From contig JBBSPA010000009.1 of the NCBI GenBank assembly GCA_038259225.1, forward strand, positions 51 through 64,050: DNA of 64,000 bases. Reading direction: 5' to 3'. Numbering within the stretch: position 1 is the first letter of the stretch; every line of letters starts with the position of its first letter. Shown in pieces: positions 19,876 through 28,397 of this stretch. Made by a program: the position numbers and the translations under genes. The notes beneath the pieces were generated by a model. That model was not told the origin of the DNA. It saw only the letters and a program-made list of their open reading frames with translations, and ran no database searches. Source of the DNA: Propionibacteriales bacterium. Its GTDB lineage: Bacteria; Actinomycetota; Actinomycetes; Propionibacteriales; Nocardioidaceae.

Positions 19876-21327
19876 TCAGCGGTAGGCCTCCGGCTCCGCG
19901 AGCAGCTCGTTCATCGACCCAGACCGGAAGCCCGCCGAGTCGACGTAGGCGGCCTCGAAACCAACGCCTTCGACCGCCTCCACGCAGGCTGCGGCACTCG
20001 CCGGGTCCGCCACGACCGAGCCCAGCGCAGCCGCGTCCAGCTCGATCCGCGCGCTGTCGCCCAGGTCGCGCACCCGCAGGTCCGTCACGTCATGGTCGTA
20101 CGCCGCCAGAGCGCCACGCACCGCCAGCTCGGCCCGCTCGACGCGAGACAACCGGGCCGACGTCACCTCGATTCCGTAGGCGATCCGCGAGGACAGACAG
20201 GCGGCGGCGGGCTTGTCCCAGGTAGGCATGCCCCACCGCCGGGACAGCGTCCGGATCTGCGCCTTCGTGAGTCCGGCATCGCGCAGCGGGGTGACCGCGC
20301 CGCGCTCGGCAGCTGCACGGATCCCAGGCCGGAAACCGCCCAAGGCGTCGTCGGCATTGGTCCCGGTCGCCACAGTCGCGACGCCCAGCTCGTCGGCCAG
20401 CGGTGCCAGCACGTCGACGAGCTCCGCCTTGCAGAAGTAGCAGCGGTCACCGGCGTTGGCACGGTAGCCCCCGCGGTCCATCTCGTGGGTGGCCGGCCGG
20501 ATGTGGCGGACTCCGAGCGAGGCCGCGAACGCGGTGGCAGGTTCCCGCTCGGAGTCGGGAAGGGAGTCCGAGAGCGCCGTCGCGGCGACCACCGCGTCCG
20601 GGCCGAGCACCCGGGTAGCAGCCGCGAGGAGGAAGGCGGAGTCGGCCCCGCCGCTGAACGCCACCAGCACGCTGCCGACTTCGCGCAACCGCTCCTCGAG
20701 CAGGGCCAGGCGATGCGCGAGCAAGTACTCCTCGAGCCATGCGGGAAACGCGCGCAGGTCGTCCAGCACGACATCGGCGCCCGCGGAGCGAAAGTCGTCC
20801 GAGGAGCACGGACCGGTAAGGACCGCGACGGCCACGGCGCCGGCGGCGTGAGCCCCCGCGACGTCGTGCACGTGGTCGCCTACGTAGATCGAGGCACCGT
20901 GGTCGCGCAGCGCCTGACCTTTGCCCGCGCCCCAGAGCCCACCGACGACCTCGTCGACATCCAGGGCGAGGTGGTCCATGTGGTGTCGCGCGTGCTGTTC
21001 GTTCTTGGCGCTCACGACCACGCTGCGCCCGCCCATCCGGCGGACAGCGGCCAGCGCCTCGACCGCGCCCGGCAGCGGATGGGACGGCATGATCGCGTAG
21101 GTGGGGTACAGCGCGCGGAAGTGGGCGACGAAGGCCTCGACCTGATCGGGTCGGACCCATTGGGCCATCTCGACCGCCAACGGCGGGCCGAGACGGGACG
21201 CCGCGAGAGCACCGTCGATGGGGACACCGGTCGAAGCGGATAGCTCCTCCCAAACCCGGATGATTCCTGGCCGGGTGTCCACCAGGGTCATGTCCAAGTC
21301 GAAACCGACGACAAGTGATTCAGGCAC
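19876..21327 (-). CDS. larE: Fusion protein: N-terminal HAD-superfamily hydrolase plus C-terminal LarE-type PP-loop ATP-dependent sulfur transferase
   Basis: This is a single 483-aa ORF. It has the HAD motif I (VGFDLDMTLVDT), the PP-loop (VAFSGGADSAFLL) and the LarE-like AACLSSR cysteine motif. Confidence 0.8.
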   Translation of the reverse strand: MPESLVVGFDLDMTLVDTRPGIIRVWEELSASTGVPIDGALAASRLGPPLAVEMAQWVRPDQVEAFVAHFRALYPTYAIMPSHPLPGAVEALAAVRRMGGRSVVVSAKNEQHARHHMDHLALDVDEVVGGLWGAGKGQALRDHGASIYVGDHVHDVAGAHAAGAVAVAVLTGPCSSDDFRSAGADVVLDDLRAFPAWLEEYLLAHRLALLEERLREVGSVLVAFSGGADSAFLLAAATRVLGPDAVVAATALSDSLPDSEREPATAFAASLGVRHIRPATHEMDRGGYRANAGDRCYFCKAELVDVLAPLADELGVATVATGTNADDALGGFRPGIRAAAERGAVTPLRDAGLTKAQIRTLSRRWGMPTWDKPAAACLSSRIAYGIEVTSARLSRVERAELAVRGALAAYDHDVTDLRVRDLGDSARIELDAAALGSVVADPASAAACVEAVEGVGFEAAYVDSAGFRSGSMNELLAEPEAYR

Positions 21328-21460
21328 AACTTAGACTGTAACGAACGGCGGACCGCCCGTGACCGGGTGCCGGACGCTCGTCGGCGCGACCCGCGCCCGG
21401 GGTTGACTCGGCGACACAGCCTCGTCAATCTGGATCTTTTGACGTGGCTGGAGGTGACGT

Positions 21461-24400
21461 GTGCGGCGACCGGGTCTCGTGACGCCCTTGGCCGGCCGTT
21501 CGCTGCCTCGACGGATCGCCACCGTGGTCGCGGCTGCCGCCATGGTCACCTCCACCGCGGCGCTCGTCCTGGCCGACGCGGCCGCCGGGGACGTGACCGC
21601 GCGCCCTGCACCTGCCTCGGCCCCGGACTCCGCGGGCTCCTACCTGGTCGTCCTTCGCGGTACTCCACTCGCCACCTACGACGGCAGTGCCTCGGGCTTC
21701 GCGCGGACCGCTCCCCGGTCCGGCGAGCGTTTCGACGCCGACCGGCCGGCTGTGCAGGCCTACGAGGCACACCTGCTCGGCCTACAGACAGATCTGCTCG
21801 ACGAGCTCGGGTCACCCGAGGTGCTGTACCGGTACACCACTGCGCTCAACGGCTTCGCCGCCACCCTGACCGGGGAGCAGGTGACCGCGCTGCGCGAGCG
21901 CTCCGACGTGCTGGCCGTCGAACGCAGCCGCGTCGAGCACGTCACCGGTGCCCCCACCACCGACACGCTCGGGCTCGGCGGCACAGACGGTATCTGGCAG
22001 CGTGTGGGGGGACCGGCACGGGCTGGCAAGGGCGTCGTCGTGGGGCTGGTCGATACCGGCATCTGGCCGGAGAACCCGTCCTTTGCCGGGATCCCGGTGG
22101 ACCGGCCGACCCTGCGTCGCACCTATCCGGGCTTCACCGGCGACTGTGAGCCGGGCGAACGCTGGACCACGGACCTGTGCAACGCCAAGGTGCTTGCTGC
22201 GCGCTACTTCGTGGCCGGCTTCGGCGCCTCCGGATTGGCGGCCTCGGACTTCGCCTCCCCCCGTGATGGCAGCGGACACGGGTCCCACACAGCGGCGATC
22301 GCCGCCGGCAACGTCGGGGTCGACGTGGCGATCAGCAGGCAGGACTTCGGGCATGTGGCGGGGGTCGCTCCGGCCGCCGCCCTCGCGATCTACAAGGCCT
22401 GCTGGGCTGCCCCTGATCCCGGCGACGACGGCTGCGCGACCCCCGACACCGCGAAGGCGGTCGACCAGGCGGTGCGCGATGGCGTCGACGTGCTCAACTA
22501 CTCCGTGGCGGGACACGACGCCACGCTGACCGACGTCGTCGAGATCGCCTTCCTCAACGCGGCCGCGGCCGGTGTCTTCGTGTCCGCTGCTGCCGGCGAT
22601 GACGGCCCGGCCGCAGGCACTGTCTCGCACTCCGCACCCTGGGTCACCACAGTCGGTGCCAGCAGCACCGACAGCTACCGCGGCTCGGTGGCGCTCGGCG
22701 ACGGTACGACCTTCTCCGGTTCCATGGTCTCCAACAAGTCCGTCCGCGACCTCCCCCTGGTGTACGCCGGTGACGTCCGGGCCCGAAACGCCTCACAGTC
22801 GCACGCCAGCCACTGCTTCCCCGGAGCCCTGGACGCCGGCAAGGTCGAAGATGCGATCGTCATCTGCGAACGCGGGAAGAACGGTCGCGTCACCAAGAGC
22901 CAGACGGTGAGCCAGTCCGGCGGTGCCGGCATGGTGCTCGTCAACGACAGCGCCGGCAGCACCGAGGCCGACCTGCACGCGGTGCCGACCGTGCACGTCA
23001 CCAAGTCCGACGGTGCAGCGATCGTCCGGTACGCCGAGCGTGCTGCTCGCCCGACGGCCACCCTCGATGCCGATCGAGGCGCTCCGGTGCCTCCGACGAT
23101 TGCTGACTTCTCCGCCCGTGGACCCTCCACTGTCACCGACGCTGACGTGCTCAAGCCCGACCTGACCGCACCGGGGGTCAGTGTGCTCGCAGCGGTCGCG
23201 CCGCCGTCCAACTTCGGACATTTGTGGGACATCTACTCCGGCACGTCCATGGCGGCCCCCGAGGTCGCAGGTCTGGCCGCGGTCGTTCGGTCCAGCCGGC
23301 CACAGTGGAGTCCGGCCATGACGAAGTCGGCGATGATGACGACGGCGCGCCCGATGACGGGCAGTAGCCCTCTGGACCAAGGTGCGGGAGAGGTCGTCGC
23401 AGGTCAGTCCCTGCTGAACCCCGGGCTGGTCTATCCGGCCGGGCTCGGCGACTGGCTGAGCTATCTGAAGGGCAGCGGGGACCAGACAGCCGCGGCGGTG
23501 GCCGGGGACCAGGTCGCCGAAATCGACCCGACCGACCTGAACTCGGCCTCGATCGCGGTGGGGTCACTCGTCGGCGAGCAGACCGTCACTCGGACGGTGA
23601 CCAACGTCGCCGCCCAGACCGAGACCTACACCGCCCGCGTCGAAGGTCTGCGTGGCGTGGCCGTGTCCGTGTCGCGGCCGACGATCACGGTCCGACCGGG
23701 TCAGTCGGTGAGCTTCGACGTGACGTTCAGCGCCCGCAAGGCCGCCCGATACCAGCACTTCGCGTCCGGAACCCTGACGTGGCGCGGGTCGCACGGGCAC
23801 CAGGTGCGCAGCCCGATCGTCGTACGCCCGCAACTCGTGCGTGCCCCGATCGAGGTCGGCGTCCCTGGCAGCCAGCGCAGCGTCGACGTGAGGGCGCGAG
23901 CCGGCGTGACCGGCACCATCGCGGCCACGTCGACGGACCTCGTCGGAACCCGGCCGACCGGCTTTGTGCTCTCGACCGGAGCTTTCGACGTGACCGCGCC
24001 GAAGCCGTCGGACAGCACGCAGCAGCAGAGCTTCGACCTGCCCGAGGGCACGTCGTTCGCGCGGTTCACCGTACGCACGCCCAGCCCTGATGACGATCTC
24101 GACCTCTACGTCTATCGAGACGACACCCTGGTGGCGCAGGCGTCCGACACCGCGACCGAGGAGGTCGTCAATCTCGAAGACCCGGTGCCGGGCCGCTACG
24201 CGGTCTACGTCCACGCCGTCTCGGCCACGGGCGACGTGACGCTGGGCACGCTGACCGGGTGGGTCGTGCGCGACGCGCCGAACCCCGCCGGCGCCGGCGA
24301 GACCCGTCGTCCGGTGAAGGTCAGCCCCTCACCCGTCGGGGTCACCGGTGGCCGCACGTTCGAGGTGAAGGTGAGCTGGCCCGAGCTCGACACCTCTCGT

Positions 24401-24463
24401 CGTTGGCTGGCCGTCATCTCCTACGACGGCTCCGGTCGCCACACCTTCCTGACCGTCAACTGA
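21461..24463 (+). CDS. Secreted S8 subtilisin-family serine peptidase (I9 propeptide, PA insert, C-terminal pre-peptidase domain)
   Basis: The 1000-aa ORF starts at a GTG preceded by GGAGGTGAC and has a signal peptide. The catalytic triad contexts are VGLVDTGIW (Asp), GHGSHTAAIAAG (His) and SGTSMAAPEVAG (Ser). Confidence 0.9.
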   Translation: MRRPGLVTPLAGRSLPRRIATVVAAAAMVTSTAALVLADAAAGDVTARPAPASAPDSAGSYLVVLRGTPLATYDGSASGFARTAPRSGERFDADRPAVQAYEAHLLGLQTDLLDELGSPEVLYRYTTALNGFAATLTGEQVTALRERSDVLAVERSRVEHVTGAPTTDTLGLGGTDGIWQRVGGPARAGKGVVVGLVDTGIWPENPSFAGIPVDRPTLRRTYPGFTGDCEPGERWTTDLCNAKVLAARYFVAGFGASGLAASDFASPRDGSGHGSHTAAIAAGNVGVDVAISRQDFGHVAGVAPAAALAIYKACWAAPDPGDDGCATPDTAKAVDQAVRDGVDVLNYSVAGHDATLTDVVEIAFLNAAAAGVFVSAAAGDDGPAAGTVSHSAPWVTTVGASSTDSYRGSVALGDGTTFSGSMVSNKSVRDLPLVYAGDVRARNASQSHASHCFPGALDAGKVEDAIVICERGKNGRVTKSQTVSQSGGAGMVLVNDSAGSTEADLHAVPTVHVTKSDGAAIVRYAERAARPTATLDADRGAPVPPTIADFSARGPSTVTDADVLKPDLTAPGVSVLAAVAPPSNFGHLWDIYSGTSMAAPEVAGLAAVVRSSRPQWSPAMTKSAMMTTARPMTGSSPLDQGAGEVVAGQSLLNPGLVYPAGLGDWLSYLKGSGDQTAAAVAGDQVAEIDPTDLNSASIAVGSLVGEQTVTRTVTNVAAQTETYTARVEGLRGVAVSVSRPTITVRPGQSVSFDVTFSARKAARYQHFASGTLTWRGSHGHQVRSPIVVRPQLVRAPIEVGVPGSQRSVDVRARAGVTGTIAATSTDLVGTRPTGFVLSTGAFDVTAPKPSDSTQQQSFDLPEGTSFARFTVRTPSPDDDLDLYVYRDDTLVAQASDTATEEVVNLEDPVPGRYAVYVHAVSATGDVTLGTLTGWVVRDAPNPAGAGETRRPVKVSPSPVGVTGGRTFEVKVSWPELDTSRRWLAVISYDGSGRHTFLTVN

Positions 24464-24514
24464 CCGTCAACTGACCGTCAACTGACCGTCAACTGACCGT
24501 CAGCTGACCGTCGA
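24449..24514. repeat. 11-nt tandem repeat (CTGACCGTCAA)x6 spanning the S8 peptidase stop codon
   Basis: There are four perfect units and two variant units (..CAG, ..CGA). The first unit encodes the last residues L-T-V-N of the peptidase, and the TGA stop spans the junction of units 1 and 2. Confidence 0.95.
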
Positions 24515-24535
24515 CTCAGCGCACCGCGGTCGCGG

Positions 24536-26188
24536 TCAGGCGTTCGTGGTCGAGGCTGCTGAATCGAGGCCGAGCTCTGCCACCGATTTCTCGCGCATCT
24601 CCACCTTGCGGACCTTCCCGGTCACCGTCATCGGGAAGTCGTCCACGACCATCACGTAGCGCGGGATCTTGAAGTGCGCCAGCTTGCCGGTACAGAACGT
24701 CCGGACCGCGGCCGCGTCCAGGGCCTCGGCCCCGTCGCGCAGCTTGACCCACGCACAGATCTCCTCGCCGAACCGGTCGTCCGGCACGCCGATCACCTGG
24801 ACGTCTGCGATGTCGGGATGGGTGTAGAGGAACTCCTCGATCTCACGGGGATAGACGTTCTCGCCTCCGCGGATCACCATGTCCTTGATCCGTCCGACGA
24901 TGTTGGCGTACCCGTCCTCGCGAATCACCGCGAGATCACCGGTGTGCATCCACTGCTCGTCGTCGATCGCCTCGGACGTCTTGTCGTCTTGCTGCCAGTA
25001 GCCGAGCATCACTGAGTAGCCGCGCGTGCAGAGCTCGCCGGGCTCGTCGCGGGGAACGGTCTGGCCGCTCACCGGGTCGATCACCTTGATCTCGACGTGC
25101 GGGTGCACCCGCCCGATCGTCGACGTACGCCGTTCGAGGTCGTCCTCGACCCGCGTCTGCGTGGACACCGGCGACGTCTCCGTCATGCCGTAGGCGATGC
25201 CCACCTCGGCCATGTGCATGTCGTTGACGCAGCGCTTCATCACCTCCACGGGGCACGGTGAACCTGCCATCAGGCCGGTGCGCAGGGACGTGAGGTCGAA
25301 GGACGCGAAGTCGCGGTGGTTCTGCATGGCGATGAACATCGTGGGGACGCCGTACACGCCGGTGCAGCGCTCGTCGGCGACCGCCTGCAACGTGACCCCC
25401 GGGTCGAAGGCCGGCCCCGGAATCACGATGGTCGCTCCGTGGGTGGTGCAGCCCAGGTTGCCCATCACCATGCCGAAGCAGTGGTAGAACGGCACCGGGA
25501 TGGCCAGCCGGTCCTCGTGGGAGAAGCTGATCAGCTCGGTGACGAAGTAGCCGTTGTTGAGGATGTTGCGGTGGCTCAACGTGGCGCCCTTGGGGCGACC
25601 TGTTGTACCTGAGGTGTACTGGATGTTGATCGGATCGCTGCCATCCAGGCCCGCCAGCAGCTCGGCCACGGAGCGCTCGGGGACATCTGCGCCGGCCGCG
25701 ACCAGGTCGGGCCAGTCGTCGGTGCCGATGTAGACAACCCGCTGAAGGCTCGGGCACTCGCCACGGACCTCGTCGACCATCGTGCGGTAGTCACTGGTCT
25801 TGAACTCTGTCGCCGACAGGAGCAGGCGAAGGCCCGACTGGTTGATTGCGTACGCCAGCTCGTGGGTCCGGTAGGCAGGATTCACATTGACGAGGATGGC
25901 GCCGATCTTGGCCGTGGCGTACTGCGCGACCACCCACTCGGCGCAGTTGGGTGACCAGACCCCGACCCGATCGCCGATCTCGATACCGCTCGCGACCAGC
26001 CCGCGCGCCAGCGCGTCCACGTCGGCGTTCAGCTCGGCGTACGTCCATCGACGACCGGTCGCCACCTCGACGAGGGCTTCGTTGTCGGGGTACGCGGCCA
26101 CCGTGCGCTCGAAGTTGGCGCCGATCGTCTCGTCGAGCAGGGGCACGTCGGTTGGTCCTGCGGAGTACGACAGTGCCTGATCGACCAT
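24536..26188 (-). CDS. AMP-binding acyl-CoA synthetase / fatty-acid-CoA ligase
   Basis: The 550-aa ORF contains [18 protein letters not shown] (AMP-binding motif), GYWQ.. and TGDLAV..DGY..GRIKD. Confidence 0.9.
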   Translation of the reverse strand: MVDQALSYSAGPTDVPLLDETIGANFERTVAAYPDNEALVEVATGRRWTYAELNADVDALARGLVASGIEIGDRVGVWSPNCAEWVVAQYATAKIGAILVNVNPAYRTHELAYAINQSGLRLLLSATEFKTSDYRTMVDEVRGECPSLQRVVYIGTDDWPDLVAAGADVPERSVAELLAGLDGSDPINIQYTSGTTGRPKGATLSHRNILNNGYFVTELISFSHEDRLAIPVPFYHCFGMVMGNLGCTTHGATIVIPGPAFDPGVTLQAVADERCTGVYGVPTMFIAMQNHRDFASFDLTSLRTGLMAGSPCPVEVMKRCVNDMHMAEVGIAYGMTETSPVSTQTRVEDDLERRTSTIGRVHPHVEIKVIDPVSGQTVPRDEPGELCTRGYSVMLGYWQQDDKTSEAIDDEQWMHTGDLAVIREDGYANIVGRIKDMVIRGGENVYPREIEEFLYTHPDIADVQVIGVPDDRFGEEICAWVKLRDGAEALDAAAVRTFCTGKLAHFKIPRYVMVVDDFPMTVTGKVRKVEMREKSVAELGLDSAASTTNA

Positions 26189-26249
26189 GCCCGCAGCCTA
26201 GGGCGGCGGTCGGCTACCTGACCATCCCCGAACCTCCACCAGGGTCGGG

Positions 26250-27056
26250 TCAGGCGTCGCGCTTGATGAAGGCGGTGCAGCCGGCGGCGATGACCAGCAG
26301 TACGCCGAACCAGAACACGAACGCGCTCGTCCCGATCCCCCACACCGAGACGTCCGTGCCGTAGCCGACGGACAGGTCGTACGGGTCGAACATGCTGCGC
26401 CGCCCGGCCGAGGCGGGAAGCAGGTTGGTGAGCTTGCCGATGCCGCGGTTGCTGGCCTGGGCGATCCCGACGGCGATGCCGTAGAAGATCGGCTCGGCCA
26501 CCAGCGGCCACAACAAGACCGTGACGATCGCGCCGACCTGGTTACGGAAGATCGCGCTGAGCGCATAGCCGGCCAACGCGAAGCCGGAGCAGTAGCCGGC
26601 GTAGTTCAGCACCGGCCGCCAGGCGTCGGAGGAGAACGTCGGGTTGTCCATGAACAGCCAGGTGATGGCGAGGTTGAGCAGCAGCGTGAGCACGACCGTG
26701 GTCAACACCCACGCGAGGAGGACCACGGCCTTGGCGGTGAGCACGGCCACCCGGTCTGGGATGGCGGTAAGGGTCGCCTTGTTGGTGCCGTAGCGGTACT
26801 CGTGGCCCATCGCCATGCAACCCATCACGGCATAGAAGGGGGCTGCGAGGACCGGCGTGATCGGGAGTGAGGCGCCGGAGGTGAGGATCCAGGTCGTCAC
26901 CTGTGACACGTCGGTCTCGTCGACGTTGGCTGATTGCACGAAGATCGCCAGGATCGTGGTGATGGATGCGCTGAATAGGACCGCCATCCCGGACATCCAG
27001 TAGCTGGACCGGATCGTCCGGATCCGCATGAACTCGTACTTCAGTGCGCCGGTCAT
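26250..27056 (-). CDS. ABC-2 type transporter permease
   Basis: The 268-aa ORF has six hydrophobic segments. An ATGA overlap joins it to the upstream ATPase gene. Confidence 0.8.
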   Translation of the reverse strand: MTGALKYEFMRIRTIRSSYWMSGMAVLFSASITTILAIFVQSANVDETDVSQVTTWILTSGASLPITPVLAAPFYAVMGCMAMGHEYRYGTNKATLTAIPDRVAVLTAKAVVLLAWVLTTVVLTLLLNLAITWLFMDNPTFSSDAWRPVLNYAGYCSGFALAGYALSAIFRNQVGAIVTVLLWPLVAEPIFYGIAVGIAQASNRGIGKLTNLLPASAGRRSMFDPYDLSVGYGTDVSVWGIGTSAFVFWFGVLLVIAAGCTAFIKRDA

Positions 27057-28297
27057 CGGTCGCCTCCGTTCGGGGCGCGATCGTTGCTGGGATCGTCGTG
27101 GTCCTCGTGCGGAGGAGGACCGCCCTGACCCGGGGCGGCTCCGTAGCCCTGCTGCCCCGGAGGCGGACCATAGCCCTGCTGCCCCGGAGGCGGACCGTAG
27201 CCCTGCTGCCCCGGAGGCGGACCATAGCCCTGCTGCCCCGGAGGCGGACCATAGCCCTGCTGCCCCGGAGGCGGACCATAGCCCTGCTGCCCCGGAGGCG
27301 GACCATAGCCCTGCTGGCCCGGAGGCGGACCATACCCCTGCTGCCCCGCCATCGGACCACCGAACGCCGGTCCTGATCCTGGGCCGAATCCCATCGAGGC
27401 GCGGAACTCCTCCGAGGCACCGGTGGCGTCGAGGAACGCCTCCTCGAGGGTCGCCTGGCGGTTGCTGAGCTCGAAGACGCGGATTCGCAGCTCATGTGCG
27501 AGGCCACCGACACCGTCGGAGTCCATGCCGGTGATCGCGAGCGCGCCGTCGGGCTCGGCGACGACCGTCGCGTTGCGAACCCGGAGCTCGCGGGTCATCA
27601 GCTCGGCGTCGTCCACGCGGACAACCACCGCGTTGCGGTTGCTGGTCGAGATGAAGTCGGCCATCGCGCCGCTGGCGATCAGCGACCCGCGACCGATGAC
27701 CACCAGATGGTCGGCCATCAGCGCCATCTCCGACAGCAGGTGGCTGGAGACGAAGATGGAGCGCCCCTGCGATGCCAGCATCTTCAGCATGTTGCGTAGC
27801 CAGTGCACACCTTGCGGGTCCAGGCCGTTGGCCGGCTCGTCGAGGATCAGTGTCCCGGGATCACCGAGCAGGGCGGTGGCCAGCCCGAGTCGCTGTCCCA
27901 TGCCGAGTGAGAACGTTCGGGGCCGCGCCTTCGCGACGTCACCGAGGCCGACCAGGTTGATCACGTCGGTGACCCGGGTCATCGGGATGTCGTTGGACAC
28001 CGCCAGCATCCGCAGGTGGTCGACCGCCTTCCGCGTCGGGTGGAACGGCTTGGCGTCCAGCACCGAGCCGACGTGCCGCAGCGGCTCCTTGAGGTCGCGG
28101 TAGGCGACTCCGTCGTACGTGGTCACGCCGTCACCGTTGTCGAGCCCGAGCATCAGCCTCATCGTGGTCGACTTGCCGGCGCCGTTCGGGCCGAGGAAGC
28201 CGGTCACCGAACCCGGTACGACGTCGAACGACAGACCTTGGACCGCCGCCTTCCCGCTGAAGGTCTTGCTCAGCTGTCGCGCCTGGATGAGCGCCAT
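27053..28297 (-). CDS. ABC transporter ATP-binding protein with C-terminal (GQQGYGPPP)n low-complexity tail
   Basis: In-frame ATG at 28297 (MALIQARQLSKTF...). It has Walker A (GPNGAGKST), the signature SLGMGQRL and Walker B (LILDEP). The tail contains about 8 tandem 9-aa repeats. Confidence 0.9.
   Translation of the reverse strand: MALIQARQLSKTFSGKAAVQGLSFDVVPGSVTGFLGPNGAGKSTTMRLMLGLDNGDGVTTYDGVAYRDLKEPLRHVGSVLDAKPFHPTRKAVDHLRMLAVSNDIPMTRVTDVINLVGLGDVAKARPRTFSLGMGQRLGLATALLGDPGTLILDEPANGLDPQGVHWLRNMLKMLASQGRSIFVSSHLLSEMALMADHLVVIGRGSLIASGAMADFISTSNRNAVVVRVDDAELMTRELRVRNATVVAEPDGALAITGMDSDGVGGLAHELRIRVFELSNRQATLEEAFLDATGASEEFRASMGFGPGSGPAFGGPMAGQQGYGPPPGQQGYGPPPGQQGYGPPPGQQGYGPPPGQQGYGPPPGQQGYGPPPGQQGYGPPPGQQGYGAAPGQGGPPPHEDHDDPSNDRAPNGGDR
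27143..27358. repeat. 27-nt in-frame coding tandem repeat x8 (GQQGYGPPP)
   Basis: The units are nearly identical at the nucleotide level (RTAGCCCTGCTGCCCCGGAGGCGGACC on the + strand). They lie inside the 3' part of the ABC ATPase gene. Confidence 0.95.
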
Positions 28298-28397
28298 CTC
28301 CCCAACCCCTTCGCCGTGTGACGGCTCATCCTGCCATGCAGGTGGTGCATAGTGGTGCCTATCCACGGGTTACCGGCGGCGGACTAACGTTGACCCG

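Noticed and set aside
21403-21431. TTGACT-N17-CAATCT promoter-like pair upstream of the S8 peptidase
   Set aside because: The spacing is good, but the -10 hexamer lacks the invariant first T and A pattern, and there is no independent support. It is noted but not listed as a feature.
27143-27358. Regular tandem repeats considered as a possible CRISPR array (also 36043-36150 and 24449-24514)
   Set aside because: The units are contiguous with no unique spacers. They are far shorter than CRISPR repeats (11-27 nt). One set is in frame inside a gene. No cas genes are present.
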